Assembly (NCBI GenBank): GCA_963803805.1
Contig: CAWDOD010000006.1
Span: 160,001 to 224,000 of the forward strand
Length of the DNA: 64,000 bases
Origin: an uncultured cyanobacterium
Lineage (GTDB): Bacteria > Cyanobacteriota > Cyanobacteriia > Cyanobacteriales > CAWCAG01
Direction of reading: 5' to 3'
The notes beneath the pieces are model-generated. The model ran no database searches and was not told the DNA's origin. It saw nothing but the letters and a program-made list of their open reading frames with translations. This document shows, piece after piece, positions 1 to 11,141 of the stretch (position 1 is the stretch's first letter; the number at the start of each line of letters is the position of its first letter). The position numbers and the translations under genes are program-made.

Positions 1-1989
1 ACCCTTTGTCGTGGTAATAGTCACGATGATTTCTATTATCAACATCCAGAAAAAATTACTGGAGATCCTCCCCCCGTTCCTTTTCTTTCTATGTCTCAAA
101 AAGAAATTCTCCAAAGGATGTTAGCTAAAGAGTGTTTGCGAAGGGCTTTTTTAGCTGCGGGAGTTGAATGGTGGGAAGTTGATAAGCCACCGGATAGTCA
201 TGGAGAATTTGGCTTAGTAACTAGTAAGAAAAAACCAAAAGGTTGGCAAGAAAATGAAGACCGTCGTAATCAAGTCAAAGAGTGGTTAGAAAATGAATCT
301 GACGTTCAAGAAATAGTCAAAGCATTGCTTATTGGTGTTAAAGATGTAGATGGTGAGGGACTAAAATCATACGCCCGTCGCTGCCTATTTTGTGCTATCG
401 AAAAATGTGTTGATAACTTAGAATTAACTGGAAAAGGATTAGCAGAACGTCTAGCAGAAGGAGGCGTATTACCGATGTATGGAATGCCTTCTAGAGTCAG
501 GAATTTGTATCATCATAAACCTCAAGGAGGTATTCAGCCTGGGGAAATTGACCGAGATTTAGACTTAGCAATAACCGAATTTGCCCCCGGTTCAGAGAAA
601 ACTAAAGATAAAAGAATTTATCAGTCAATTGGTTTTACTGCACCCTTGTTATTAGACAAAAAAAGTCTTGTAGCTGCTGATCAACCTCTATCAGAACGTA
701 AGTGGATGTTTCGATGTAGTTGTTGTCAGCATACCGATATTAAAGATACAGAATTTGATTATGAAGAATGTCCTACTTGCCATGCTAAAGCTGAAACTGA
801 AAAACAACCAGGATTTAGAGTTTTTCAATGGGCTGTTCCTTTAGGTTTTCGTACTACCTTAAAACCTGGAAGTGATGCTAAAACTGAATACAGTATCTTA
901 AATGCTGGTGCTGGTAGTGTTGCAGAATCAAAACCACAAAAATTTGAATCGATAGAACATACTAATAGCCAAATTGCTTTTGCTTCCGGCGGTAGAGTTT
1001 TCCGAATTAATGATAACCAAGGTCGTTTGTTTAAAGGAAGTATAGGGAAAACGACAGGAAATAAATCATTAAAATTGAACCAACAGTGGATTGATGAAAG
1101 ATTTCAAGAACGTAGTAGCAATTACGATAGTAAAGGGGTAAAATTTGAACCAAAGAGTGAAAATGAAGCTATAGCTATTGTGGCCCCTAAAACTACCGGG
1201 GTACTAAGAATACAACCAGTTAATGTGCCACCAGGTTTATGTTTAGATCCCCTAAAATTTGGTTCCGGAGTCAAAGCAGCTTTCTATTCTGCTGCCTTTA
1301 TTATTCGTTCTGTAGTAGCTGAAAAATTAGATATTTCCCCAGAAGAATTAGATATTAGTAATCTGCGTCAAGTGGAAGTAAATGGTCATAAAGTTGGGGA
1401 AATTATTATTAGCGATCGCTTAGCTAATGGTTCAGGTTTTACCGACTGGTTATCTCAAAACTGGCAACAAATTCTTCAAGAAATTGTTAAACCTAATTCC
1501 ACTCAATTAATTAGCAGTTTCGCAAGTTCGTTGATTTCTGAAAAACATCGCCACGATTGTGACTCTTCTTGTTACGATTGTTTAAGACAATACCGCAATA
1601 TTAACTATCATGGTTTGCTAGATTGGCGCTTAGGAATCTCTTTACTGAAGATTCTCGCTAGTGAATCTGAAAAATGTGGCTTAGAAGGAGACTTTTCCGG
1701 GCCAGAACTTAAAAACTGGTTAAAGCAAGCCCAAGAACTTAGAAATACCTTCTGCACTTGTTTTAGTTCTTGTAGTCCCCAAACTTTTGCTAGTTTACCA
1801 GGTTTTGAAATAGGGAACAAACAGGTGATAATTGTTCATCCCCTCTGGAATCTCAAACCAGAAAATAGGCAGGGAATCTTAGCAGAGGCAGTCTCTATTA
1901 CATCAAACAGGGAAATAGAGCCTCAATTTTTAGATAGTTTTAATCTTTTGCATCGCCCTAGTTGGTGTTATCAAAAAGCTTTAAATTAA
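1..1989 (+). CDS. C-terminal part of a large DEAD/DEAH-box helicase with DUF1998 (MrfA/DruE-like); 5' end lies outside the window
   Basis: Frame 1 is open from base 1 (TLCRGNSHDDFYYQHPEKITGDPPP). Contains CxxC pairs, the DRLANGSGF motif and C-terminal CDSSCYDCL...YRN, typical of DUF1998. Confidence 0.8.
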   Translation, partial: TLCRGNSHDDFYYQHPEKITGDPPPVPFLSMSQKEILQRMLAKECLRRAFLAAGVEWWEVDKPPDSHGEFGLVTSKKKPKGWQENEDRRNQVKEWLENESDVQEIVKALLIGVKDVDGEGLKSYARRCLFCAIEKCVDNLELTGKGLAERLAEGGVLPMYGMPSRVRNLYHHKPQGGIQPGEIDRDLDLAITEFAPGSEKTKDKRIYQSIGFTAPLLLDKKSLVAADQPLSERKWMFRCSCCQHTDIKDTEFDYEECPTCHAKAETEKQPGFRVFQWAVPLGFRTTLKPGSDAKTEYSILNAGAGSVAESKPQKFESIEHTNSQIAFASGGRVFRINDNQGRLFKGSIGKTTGNKSLKLNQQWIDERFQERSSNYDSKGVKFEPKSENEAIAIVAPKTTGVLRIQPVNVPPGLCLDPLKFGSGVKAAFYSAAFIIRSVVAEKLDISPEELDISNLRQVEVNGHKVGEIIISDRLANGSGFTDWLSQNWQQILQEIVKPNSTQLISSFASSLISEKHRHDCDSSCYDCLRQYRNINYHGLLDWRLGISLLKILASESEKCGLEGDFSGPELKNWLKQAQELRNTFCTCFSSCSPQTFASLPGFEIGNKQVIIVHPLWNLKPENRQGILAEAVSITSNREIEPQFLDSFNLLHRPSWCYQKALN

Positions 1990-2047
1990 TGAGAGTAATT
2001 TAGTATTAGTGGCCGAATGTAGCTCAATATGTGTTATCCTGATGTTT

Positions 2048-2141
2048 GATCCGGACCTACGCAATCGCAACGCTCAAATCTTGTCAGAACCGGAAGGTAG
2101 CAGCAATACGAGATGCTTGTAATAGGCGTAGAATCCGGGTC
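2048..2141 (+). ncRNA. ffs: Signal recognition particle 4.5S RNA
   Basis: Conserved helix-8 motif GTCAGAACCGGAAGGTAGCAGC; terminal pairing GATCCGGA...TCCGGGTC followed by a T run. Confidence 0.9.
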
Positions 2142-2147
2142 TTTTGC

Positions 2148-3578
2148 TTAGGTTAGAGATTTCAGTATTGCTTGCAACTTAATTTGTACCTCAGCAAACT
2201 CTTTGCGAGGCTGAGAACCCGCTACAATACCTGCTCCTGCATAAAGTCGAGCGCTATTTTTCCGAATTAAAGCAGAACGAATACCGACAATAAATTCGCC
2301 GTTACCTTGATAATCTACCCACCCTAAAGGGGCAGCATACAAAGAACGGTCAAAGTTTTCGTAGCGGCAAATTTCTTCACAAGCTACAGGAGTAGGAACT
2401 CCTGCTACCGCAGGAGTTGGATGAAGTTGAGCCACAATATCCAAAAGATTTATATTCTCTGGAACTTCTGCTGTAATCTTTGTCCAGAGGTGTTGAATAT
2501 TGGAAAGACGCAAGACTCGCAGAGGATATTGAAAGGGCTTTAAACCCGATTCTAAGAGGCGTTGAGTAATGAAATTACTGACTGCCCGATGCTCCCGCCG
2601 TTCTTTCTGAGAATGGAATAGTTGGCTAGCTAGGCGCATATCCTCACAAAAGCTTTTTCCCCTTGGTGCAGATCCAGCCAAAGCATCAGTAACTAGTTGG
2701 TTATTTTGGATACTAATTAAGCGTTCTGGACTTGCACCCACAAAGTTATCTCCTTGTCCATTACTAAGAGAAAATATGTAACAGTCAGGATGTCTTTTGC
2801 GTAGATTATATAAAGAATTAATCAGCTTAAAAGGCTCCGGTGAAGTAACATCCAAAGCATGGGCAAGAACAATTTTACTAAACTTGTTAGCCTTGATTGA
2901 TTTTAAAGCTGAAGCAACGGCTGAAGTAAATTGATGGGAACTATCTGATTTAGAGTCTTTGTTAAACTGTTTATGGTCTTTACTCCTAAAATTAAGTTTG
3001 AGAGGAGCAGAAGAATTAATTGTTTTGATTTGTTGTTTTAGTTGCTTTATGGTGAATGCTATATCTGTATGGGGAGAAATAGCCAAATTAGCCACCAAAA
3101 CACAACGACCTTTTTTTTGTGCTATTTGTAACTTCGGTAAAAATATTGTTGCCGAAGGAAAAGGAGAATGATTACTTGATTTTTTGGCAACAAAGGTAAA
3201 GCTACAGAAAAAATGAGGTCCAGAAAAGGGCAAATGAAGATCACCAACTTTGACAATTTGTTTCTGACAATCCTGAATAAATTGTTGAGATTGCTCAAAG
3301 CGAGTCAAAGGAGCTTCAGTCTCTATAGTAAGAGATTGGGCTGTTCCATAACCAGCGATCGCTTCTTGTTTTCGAGGGTTTTCCCAATAGAAATGAATTT
3401 GATTAGGCTGGGCTATTTTTTGACATATAGCCAAAGGGTCTATATGGTTAATTTCTTGGGACAAGCTAACAATTTGCAAACAACCTTTGCTTCGAGATTT
3501 CTCTTGGCAAGTTAAAAGAAACTGATGTAGTTCTCGCTCGTCTTGCAGAATTCGATCGCGGTAAGGAATGGCTAGCAT
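2148..3578 (-). CDS. menF: Isochorismate synthase
   Basis: Chorismate-binding motifs GASPERL, ALAGSAPRG, LHPTPAVAG, YAGAGIV; divergent from menA. Confidence 0.92.
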   Translation of the reverse strand: MLAIPYRDRILQDERELHQFLLTCQEKSRSKGCLQIVSLSQEINHIDPLAICQKIAQPNQIHFYWENPRKQEAIAGYGTAQSLTIETEAPLTRFEQSQQFIQDCQKQIVKVGDLHLPFSGPHFFCSFTFVAKKSSNHSPFPSATIFLPKLQIAQKKGRCVLVANLAISPHTDIAFTIKQLKQQIKTINSSAPLKLNFRSKDHKQFNKDSKSDSSHQFTSAVASALKSIKANKFSKIVLAHALDVTSPEPFKLINSLYNLRKRHPDCYIFSLSNGQGDNFVGASPERLISIQNNQLVTDALAGSAPRGKSFCEDMRLASQLFHSQKERREHRAVSNFITQRLLESGLKPFQYPLRVLRLSNIQHLWTKITAEVPENINLLDIVAQLHPTPAVAGVPTPVACEEICRYENFDRSLYAAPLGWVDYQGNGEFIVGIRSALIRKNSARLYAGAGIVAGSQPRKEFAEVQIKLQAILKSLT

Positions 3579-4047
3579 GGAGGTAGGTGTCTAAAAAAAA
3601 CATTTTTTTCACCTCTATTGAACATTAAATGTTATGTCCTTAGAGGGGGGGTTGCTGTCCTTATCACTACCAGGCTTCCACAGACATCGGCTAGGGGTTT
3701 GGGTTGGCCTATTTCCGAGTCAAGACGCTTGGAGTTATCAGATGGCTAGTATCGGATACTATATCCAATACATTTAGTAAATACTCCGGACAATTTTTAA
3801 TCTGGATGTGGGAAAATTTCGATCTCTGGTGACTACTTTAGTTTGTATCCCTGATTTTTCGACCAGCTCAATGACCTATTATCGAAAATCCTTCCAGACT
3901 ATGATTAGTCCTAGAGCAATTACTACTTTGGTTATTGTCCCTTATCTGTTGTTAAATTAACAGTTGGACAATTTTAAAACCGACTAACTGACTTGTAATA
4001 GGTCAAATCAAGATATCAGTTTCAAGTAATTAAATCAATTTCGTCTA

Positions 4048-4962
4048 ATGACTACAACACGATTGGAGAAAAAATCGGATAACCAACTTTGGTTAGCTGC
4101 TATTAAGCTACCGATGTATAGCGTAGCAGTTGTACCAATTACTGTGGGGACTGCTGTTGCTTTTGCCGAAAATAAAATTATTCATGGAGAGATATTTATA
4201 ACGTTTTTACTCTCAGCAATTTTAATTATTGCTTGGCTAAATATCAGTAATGATGTTTTCGATGCTGAGACAGGAATAGATAAAAATAAAGCTGAATCTC
4301 TAGTTAATTTGACCGGTAATAAAACATTACTATTTTGGTTAAGTAATTTATTTTTGGGCTGCGGTATACTAGGTATTCTCGCCATTACCTATTTACAACA
4401 AGATTGGACAGTACTTAAACTTATTTTGCTTTGCTGCATCTTAGGTTATACCTATCAAGGGCCACCCTTTCGCCTTGGCTATCAGGGGTTAGGGGAATTA
4501 ATTTGTTTTGTTGCTTTTGGCCCTTTAGCTGTTGAAGCTGCTTACTATTCTCAAACTCAAAATTTCTCTTTAACGACTATATTTACTTCTGTAATTGTTG
4601 GTATTACGACATCAATAATACTCTTTTGTTCCCATTTTCATCAGGTTGAAGATGACTTAGCAGCAGGTAAGTTATCACCTCTGGTTCGCTTGGGTACAAA
4701 AAAGGGTTCTCAAATACTAATTGGAGCAGTAGTTAGTATTTATATGTTGGTTTGTTTATTTGTAGCTGTAGGTTATTTGAGTGGGTGGGCTTTGATAATT
4801 TTGCTAAGCTTTCCCCTTGCCTACGAATTAGTCGATCACGTATGTCAGTATCATAGTCAACCTAAAAAAGTTAAAAGCTGTAAATATATAGCTGTAAAAT
4901 TACACTTTTTTAGTGGCATTTTGTTAACTCTAGGTTTACTTTTATCTACTGTTAATCTGTAA
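4048..4962 (+). CDS. menA: 1,4-dihydroxy-2-naphthoate phytyltransferase (UbiA family)
   Basis: NDVFDAETGID, YQGPPFRLGYQGLGE and SHFHQVEDD motifs; multiple TM segments. Confidence 0.92.
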   Translation: MTTTRLEKKSDNQLWLAAIKLPMYSVAVVPITVGTAVAFAENKIIHGEIFITFLLSAILIIAWLNISNDVFDAETGIDKNKAESLVNLTGNKTLLFWLSNLFLGCGILGILAITYLQQDWTVLKLILLCCILGYTYQGPPFRLGYQGLGELICFVAFGPLAVEAAYYSQTQNFSLTTIFTSVIVGITTSIILFCSHFHQVEDDLAAGKLSPLVRLGTKKGSQILIGAVVSIYMLVCLFVAVGYLSGWALIILLSFPLAYELVDHVCQYHSQPKKVKSCKYIAVKLHFFSGILLTLGLLLSTVNL

Positions 4963-5053
4963 CAACTTTTTAAAGTCTTGTAGTCCTTTGTTTTTGGTTT
5001 TTAGTTTTAGGTAAGGAGAAATGATCAATAACAAAGGACAAGTTGCTTATTTT

Positions 5054-5948
5054 ATGTTAAGTATCGAAAATATTAATAAAACCTACGCTCAAAGATTAGT
5101 TCTCAATAATTTGTGTTTAAGCATAAAAGCAGGGCAAGTTTATGGTTTAATAGGGCCTAATGGGGCTGGCAAAACTACGACTATTAATCTTCTTGGTAAT
5201 TTAATTAAACCTGATAGTGGTGCTATTTACATTAACAATCAGTCTGTTTCTGAAGTAACTAAGAACTTAATCGGTATTGCTCCTCAAGAAAATTTACTCT
5301 ATAAAAGTCTTAGTTGTGAGGAAAATCTCAATTTTTATGCCCAGATTTATGGGCTGCGGGGAAAGCAGCGTCACCATCAAGTGAGGGCGAGTCTTGAAGC
5401 TGTTAACCTCTTGTCGAGACGTGAAAGTCCTGTAGAAAGTTTGAGTGGGGGGATGCAGCGACGGCTTAATATTGCGGTTGCTTTAGTACATGAACCTCAA
5501 CTAGTGATTCTCGATGAACCTACTACTGGCTTGGATATTGAATCCCGTTATGAAATTTGGGGGCTAATTCGTTTCCTTCAAAGCCAAGGTAGGACTATTA
5601 TGTTAACAACTCACCTTTTAGATGAAGCTGAACGTTTATGTCAGTGTATTGGCATTCTTAACCGAGGAAGTATTGCTGCTGAAGGTAGTTTAGGGGAGTT
5701 ACGTCAGCTTGTTGCAGCACAAGAAATAGTTACTATTAAAACATCTCAAGAAGAAAAGGCGATCGCCAGGGGCAAGGAGTTAGGTTTTAGTCAGCGACGT
5801 TACAACGGTGATTCTTGCTTTTTGGTTGCCTCAGCCTCTGGAATTATCAGAAATCATCCATCAATTTGGCGGTATTCCTTTAGACTCTATTGTTCGCCAA
5901 CCAGTTGGTTTGGAACATATTTATTTGGAAGTTACTCAAAGAACATAA
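5054..5948 (+). pseudogene. ABC transporter ATP-binding protein with an apparent +1 frameshift near 5812
   Basis: Walker A GPNGAGKT, LSGGMQRR signature, LDEPT. The family-like C-terminus (LAFWLPQPLEL...LEHIYLEVT*) lies in another frame ending at TAA 5946-5948. Could be a sequencing error. Confidence 0.65.
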
Positions 5949-5965
5949 TCTACCTGATTTCAACA

Positions 5966-6565
5966 CTAAACTTTGTTAGCAACAGGTTCACATAGAGCAT
6001 CTCTAATGGCTTCTAAACTGCTAGAATCTCTTACCATCATAGCATGGCTAAAAACTGTGAGTTTAACTTCTTTGCCAACTCCTAGCTTTGAACTTTCTGG
6101 AGGGACAATAATAAAGTCATAGGGAGTCCATAAAGAGGTGAAGTTGAGCTGTTTTAAAATTTCCACATCTCTATTTAAGTCTTGTAAAAAAGCACTTTCT
6201 GGCTGCATTTGTATACAGCCAGGAATAGGTAGTGAGTATGCCAAATAAGTGCCGTTATGGGGAGCAGAAATCGTTATAAAACGCTCTACTTTTTTAATTC
6301 CTCCTAACTTTTGTACATAGTAACGAGTTACTAGTCCTCCCATACTTAACCCTATTAAATCAATAGGTTGAGAGTCCCGAAAAGCTCTTTCAATATAGTC
6401 TGCAACTTGTAGCGCTAATTTATCTAAACCTACGGTAGCATTACCTGGTGATAAATCAATACGGTGAACTTCCCAGCCAAGAGAAGTTAAATAAGCATAC
6501 ATTTTATTGAATATGCTTTTTTTTCTAAAAAAGCCATGGATTAGTAAAACAGGATTTTTCATCAA
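5966..6565 (-). CDS. Alpha/beta hydrolase (lipase/esterase)
   Basis: PVLLIHG, GLSMGG nucleophile elbow, SAPHNGT, catalytic His in SHAMM. Confidence 0.85.
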   Translation of the reverse strand: MMKNPVLLIHGFFRKKSIFNKMYAYLTSLGWEVHRIDLSPGNATVGLDKLALQVADYIERAFRDSQPIDLIGLSMGGLVTRYYVQKLGGIKKVERFITISAPHNGTYLAYSLPIPGCIQMQPESAFLQDLNRDVEILKQLNFTSLWTPYDFIIVPPESSKLGVGKEVKLTVFSHAMMVRDSSSLEAIRDALCEPVANKV

Positions 6566-6806
6566 AATTCAGAAATTTATAGGGTTTGCATTAACATTTT
6601 TACAATTTGTTCCGGTTTTTTGCAGATCAGCCTAGAGTATCTTATTTACAACTTCGGTGAAGTTGAATCTTCAAGTATCAATTAACGAGCGCCATTATTG
6701 TGTTAAAAACGGGGTGAGGGGAACTAAGCTAAATTGAATAATTTAATCTGTCCCTATATTTTTCTACTAGAAAGTAGCTTTAAAATTTATTTTCAAATCA
6801 TCACTA

Positions 6807-8570
6807 ATGAATATGGATTTTCGTAATACAAACACCCTTTGGGCTTCTATTCTTGTCGAAACTCTTAAATGCTTAGGATTAACCACTGCAATTATTTGTC
6901 CCGGTTCTCGTTCTACTCCTTTAACTATAGCTTTTGCTCAACATGAACACATAGAAGCAATCCCTATTTTAGATGAACGTTCTGCTGCTTTTTTTGCTTT
7001 GGGTATAGCAAAGAAATCTGGTTTTCCTGTTGCTTTAGTTTGTACTTCTGGTACAGCAGGGGCAAACTTTTATCCGGCAGTTATTGAAGCAAGGGAAAGT
7101 AGAGTACCTCTATTAGTTCTGAGCGCAGATCGCCCCCCAGAATTAAGAGATTGTCATTCTGGACAAACTATTAACCAGATTAAATTATATGGCGATTATC
7201 CTAATTGGCAAACGGAGTTAGCTTTGCCTGTCCCAGAAACAGAAATGTTACGCTACTTACGACAAACAATGGTGCAAGCTGTTAGGCGATCGCTATTTCC
7301 GGTGAGTGGACCTGTTCATCTTAATATACCCTTCCGTGACCCTCTAGCCCCTATTGAAGAGAGGATTAGAACATTTTATAAGACATCCCTTCATTTTAAT
7401 CCAGAAGAATTTTTCGCAGCTATTACCCCTTATAATCCTAACTTTATACCGCAAACTTCCCAGCCTGTTTTTCTTATTCCTGAATCTAATCAAGGCATAA
7501 TTATTGCCGGGGTTGCTCAACCTCTTGAAGCAAAAGAATATTGTCAAGCAATTGCTTATTTAGCTCAATATTTAGGATTCCCTGTATTAGCAGAGGGGCT
7601 TTCTCCCTTGAGAAATTATGCAGATATTAATCCTTATTTAATCTCTACTTACGATCTTATTTTACGTAATCAAAAAATTGCTACTAAGTTAACCCCAGAA
7701 TTTGTGATTCAGTTCGGACAAATTCCTACTAGTAAGGTACTAAGAAGTTGGTTGTCTAATACCAAAGCTAAGCATTTTATTATTGACCCTAGTGGTGAAA
7801 ACCTTGACCCTCTTCATGGTAGAACTATTCACCTTAACTTACATCCTGAACAATTAATTGATCCTTATTTAAAAGAATACTTCAAAAGTGATATCCCAAC
7901 TAAGGTTCCTACCCCTTACTTACAGCTTTGGTTAAAATCAGAAGAGAAAATCAGGGAAGAAATAAATCAAAAAATGTCAGCAACCGAGAGACTTTTTGAA
8001 GGGAAAACTGCTTGGTTGCTTGCGAAAACTTTACCAGCACAAACACCAGTTTTTATTGCTAATAGTATGCCGGTAAGAGATGTAGAATATTTTTGGTTAC
8101 CTAATAATCGTCATTTACAACCTTTCTTTAATCGAGGAGCTAACGGTATTGATGGTACTTTATCCACAGCATTAGGCGTTGCTCACCACAATAAAAGTAG
8201 CATCCTGCTAACAGGTGATCTTGCTCTTTTACATGATACAAATGGTTTTTTACAGCGTCATAAATTTTTGGGTCATTTGACCATTATTTTGATTAATAAT
8301 AATGGTGGTGGCATTTTCCATATGCTGCCTATCGCTGATTACGAACCACCCTTCGAGGCATTTTTTGCTACTCCTCAAAACATTGACTTCTCACAATTAT
8401 GCAAAACCTATAATATAGAGCATCAAATTATCAATTCTTGGTCAGAGCTTAAGTCTTTATTAAATCCTTTACCTAAAACAGGCATAAGGGTTTTAGAATT
8501 ACCAACGAGCAGACACAAGGATTCTTATTGGCGGAAAGAGTACTTGAATAGTTTTGCGGATAATCACTGA
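6807..8570 (+). CDS. menD: SEPHCHC synthase
   Basis: [29 protein letters not shown] and ThDP-binding GDLALLHD...NNNGGGIF motifs. Confidence 0.95.
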   Translation: MNMDFRNTNTLWASILVETLKCLGLTTAIICPGSRSTPLTIAFAQHEHIEAIPILDERSAAFFALGIAKKSGFPVALVCTSGTAGANFYPAVIEARESRVPLLVLSADRPPELRDCHSGQTINQIKLYGDYPNWQTELALPVPETEMLRYLRQTMVQAVRRSLFPVSGPVHLNIPFRDPLAPIEERIRTFYKTSLHFNPEEFFAAITPYNPNFIPQTSQPVFLIPESNQGIIIAGVAQPLEAKEYCQAIAYLAQYLGFPVLAEGLSPLRNYADINPYLISTYDLILRNQKIATKLTPEFVIQFGQIPTSKVLRSWLSNTKAKHFIIDPSGENLDPLHGRTIHLNLHPEQLIDPYLKEYFKSDIPTKVPTPYLQLWLKSEEKIREEINQKMSATERLFEGKTAWLLAKTLPAQTPVFIANSMPVRDVEYFWLPNNRHLQPFFNRGANGIDGTLSTALGVAHHNKSSILLTGDLALLHDTNGFLQRHKFLGHLTIILINNNGGGIFHMLPIADYEPPFEAFFATPQNIDFSQLCKTYNIEHQIINSWSELKSLLNPLPKTGIRVLELPTSRHKDSYWRKEYLNSFADNH

Positions 8571-8614
8571 AGAAATACAACAGTTTTTATTACCCATACA
8601 ATAGTGGAAAACTC

Positions 8615-9610
8615 ATGAAGGTTGCTGTTTTTAGTGCGAAATCCTATGATCGCAATTTTTTAGAAGCTGCTAACGGTGAGGGAAAGCACGAGTTGTTTTT
8701 TCTTGCTCCTCACTTAACTTTAGAAACTAGTCTTTTAGGGAAAAACTGTGAGGGGGTTTGTGTTTTTGTTAATGATCAGTTGAATAAGGATGTTTTAGAG
8801 GAGATTGCTAAAGGAGGAACAAAATTAATTGCCCTACGTTGCGCGGGCTATAATAATGTTGACTTAAGAGCAGCAAAAGAATTAGGTTTAAAAATAGTCA
8901 GAGTTCCTGCTTATTCTCCCTATGCTGTAGCAGAACATACTATCGGTTTAATTCTTACCCTCAATCGTAAAATTCACCGTGCTTATTTTCGGGTTAGGGA
9001 AGATAATTTTTCTTTAGAAGGATTATTGGGATTTGACCTTCATGGGGCTACGGTTGGTATAGTTGGTACAGGAAAAATTGGCGCAATTGTTGCGAAAATA
9101 CTTCAGGGATTTGGTTGTAATTTACTAGTTTATGATCTTCATAAAAATCCGGATTGCGAAGCTTTAGGAGCTAAGTATGTGGAATTATCAGAATTGTTTA
9201 CTAATTCTGATATTGTTACTCTTCATTGCCCTCTAGTTCCTCAAACCCATCATCTTATTAATACAGAATCCCTAGCTAAGATGAAGAAAGGAGTGATGTT
9301 AATTAATACTAGTCGGGGAGGATTAATTGATACTAAGGCAGTAATTAATGCTCTTAAATCTGGCAAAGTTGGTTATCTTGGTTTGGATGTTTATGAACAA
9401 GAAGCTAATTTCTTCTTTGAAGATTTTTCTAGCCAAATTATTCAAGACGATATTTTCCAACGTTTGCTAACTTTCCCTAATGTTTTAATTACCGGACATC
9501 AAGCCTTTTTTACGAAGAATGCTTTGCAAAATATTGCTGAGACAACTATTAATAATATTACTCAAGTTGAGTTAGGTAAAGACTGCGCTAATGAGGTGAC
9601 GATGAACTAG
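8615..9610 (+). CDS. ldhA: D-lactate / D-2-hydroxyacid dehydrogenase
   Basis: [47 protein letters not shown]. Confidence 0.85.
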   Translation: MKVAVFSAKSYDRNFLEAANGEGKHELFFLAPHLTLETSLLGKNCEGVCVFVNDQLNKDVLEEIAKGGTKLIALRCAGYNNVDLRAAKELGLKIVRVPAYSPYAVAEHTIGLILTLNRKIHRAYFRVREDNFSLEGLLGFDLHGATVGIVGTGKIGAIVAKILQGFGCNLLVYDLHKNPDCEALGAKYVELSELFTNSDIVTLHCPLVPQTHHLINTESLAKMKKGVMLINTSRGGLIDTKAVINALKSGKVGYLGLDVYEQEANFFFEDFSSQIIQDDIFQRLLTFPNVLITGHQAFFTKNALQNIAETTINNITQVELGKDCANEVTMN

Positions 9611-9692
9611 AGTATTTCAATAAATAAAATCTCCTCTAAAGTCTAAGGTTTTAGCAACTAGCAACTAGCAATTAGCTAATTTAGACCAGATA

Positions 9693-9764
9693 AGCTGGTG
9701 ACAAGATTTGAACTTGCGACCGGCTGATTACAAATCAGCTGCTCTACCACTGAGCTACACCAGC
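9693..9764 (-). tRNA. trnT: tRNA-Thr(TGT)
   Basis: Reverse complement GCTGGTGTAGCTCAGTGGTAGAGCAGCTGATTTGTAATCAGCCGGTCGCAAGTTCAAATCTTGTCACCAGCT folds as a cloverleaf with anticodon TGT. Confidence 0.95.
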
Positions 9765-9824
9765 ATTAAACTTCATATAGGATAACATTAATTGAAGAAT
9801 GAATAATAAGTAATATCTAATTAT

Positions 9825-10478
9825 TCAACTAGATGACGATTCTAAGGCAAAACGTACCAATTCAGCGCGGTTACTAGTTTCTGTCTTCCTCAGCAGGCTA
9901 CTAACGTACTTTTCGATGGTACGATGACTTAAGTGCAATTGTTGGCCAATTTCGATGTTAGAAAGTCCTGTAGCTAATAAATTAAGGACTTGTTGCTCTC
10001 GTTCGGTGAGATGGAAAGATTCTGGTAGGGGAGGAGGAGATTTTGGTGATTGTGAGGTTTTAGTTAAAGATTTTTGAGAAGAAAAACGTAACTCCGACTG
10101 GACAACTTGCGATCGCTCTAGCAAGTTACGAATAACCGCTCCCAACTCTTCCATTTCAAAAGGCTTAGGTAAATAAACATCACAGCCAACTTGATAACCA
10201 AGAATACGCTCTTCTGTGGTGTTACGTTCTGTGAGAAAAACTACAGGCATTAAGCGGAATTGTGGGCGCTGACGCACCTGCTTAACTAATTCATAACCAT
10301 TTTTTCGGGGCATTCTAATGTCAGCTACCATCAAATGGGGATGATAGGTTTCTAGCCGCTCAAGGGCCTCTTGTCCATCACAAGCTGCGACAACCGAGTA
10401 GCCTGATAGTTCCAGGTAATCACTAACAGCTAACCGAACACCAGGATTGTCATCAGCAACTAATATTAACAGAGGCAT
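9825..10478 (-). CDS. NarL/LuxR-family response regulator (Ycf29-like)
   Basis: REC domain (ADD, DIRMP, KPF) plus LuxR HTH (LTEREQQVL...GLSNIEIG). Confidence 0.88.
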   Translation of the reverse strand: MPLLILVADDNPGVRLAVSDYLELSGYSVVAACDGQEALERLETYHPHLMVADIRMPRKNGYELVKQVRQRPQFRLMPVVFLTERNTTEERILGYQVGCDVYLPKPFEMEELGAVIRNLLERSQVVQSELRFSSQKSLTKTSQSPKSPPPLPESFHLTEREQQVLNLLATGLSNIEIGQQLHLSHRTIEKYVSSLLRKTETSNRAELVRFALESSSS

Positions 10479-10658
10479 ATTTTTTTTTGCTACTCTACAG
10501 AATTACTATACAATTAATTTTCTGTAAAGCATAGTTAATATTACTTATAGTATTTCTTGTGGTTATGAGGTACAAACTTTTTGCTTTGAGGGAGTGGGAT
10601 AAGAGTACGATTCCAGTACAGCAAAGATGAAATTAAAATAGAGCCAACCGATAGATAA

Positions 10659-11111
10659 TTAAACTTCTTTAACTGAACCAAGGAACTTTTGCGGAGGATT
10701 ATCAGGCTCACTACACTTTTCTAACGAAGCGATCGCAGTACCTTGTGCATGATGTTCTTTCTGTCTTTTAACATAGTTAACCGCCACATCTAATTGTTTA
10801 CTACCTAAAGAAAAAACCCCATATCCGCTTTGCCACTTAAATACTTGTTCTGAAACAAGTTCCTTGTTGAGGTAATGTGTACTGCTACCTTTAATCTTTT
10901 TAACAAACTCAGAAATAGGCATTTGAGGAGGAATCGAAGCCACAAGGTGAAGATGATCTTCTGTACCACCGAGGGCGTGAATGAGACAATTAAGGGCATC
11001 GGCCTTACCAATAATGTAGCGGTGGAGTATGACTTCTTTTTGAGGAATAATTAGAGGAAGTCGGTTCTTCGTCGTCCAAACAAAATGGTAATACAAACGC
11101 CAGAGGGCCAC
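10659..11111 (-). CDS. tnpA: Y1 HUH transposase, IS200/IS605 TnpA or RAYT-like; no tnpB nearby
   Basis: YHFVWTTKNR, HUH motif DHLH, KGSS, WQSGYGVFS and catalytic Tyr in YVKRQKEHH; GTG start with GGAG upstream. Confidence 0.9.
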   Translation of the reverse strand: MALWRLYYHFVWTTKNRLPLIIPQKEVILHRYIIGKADALNCLIHALGGTEDHLHLVASIPPQMPISEFVKKIKGSSTHYLNKELVSEQVFKWQSGYGVFSLGSKQLDVAVNYVKRQKEHHAQGTAIASLEKCSEPDNPPQKFLGSVKEV

Positions 11112-11141
11112 AATATCTTTGCTCCGAATTGCGAATCAATA

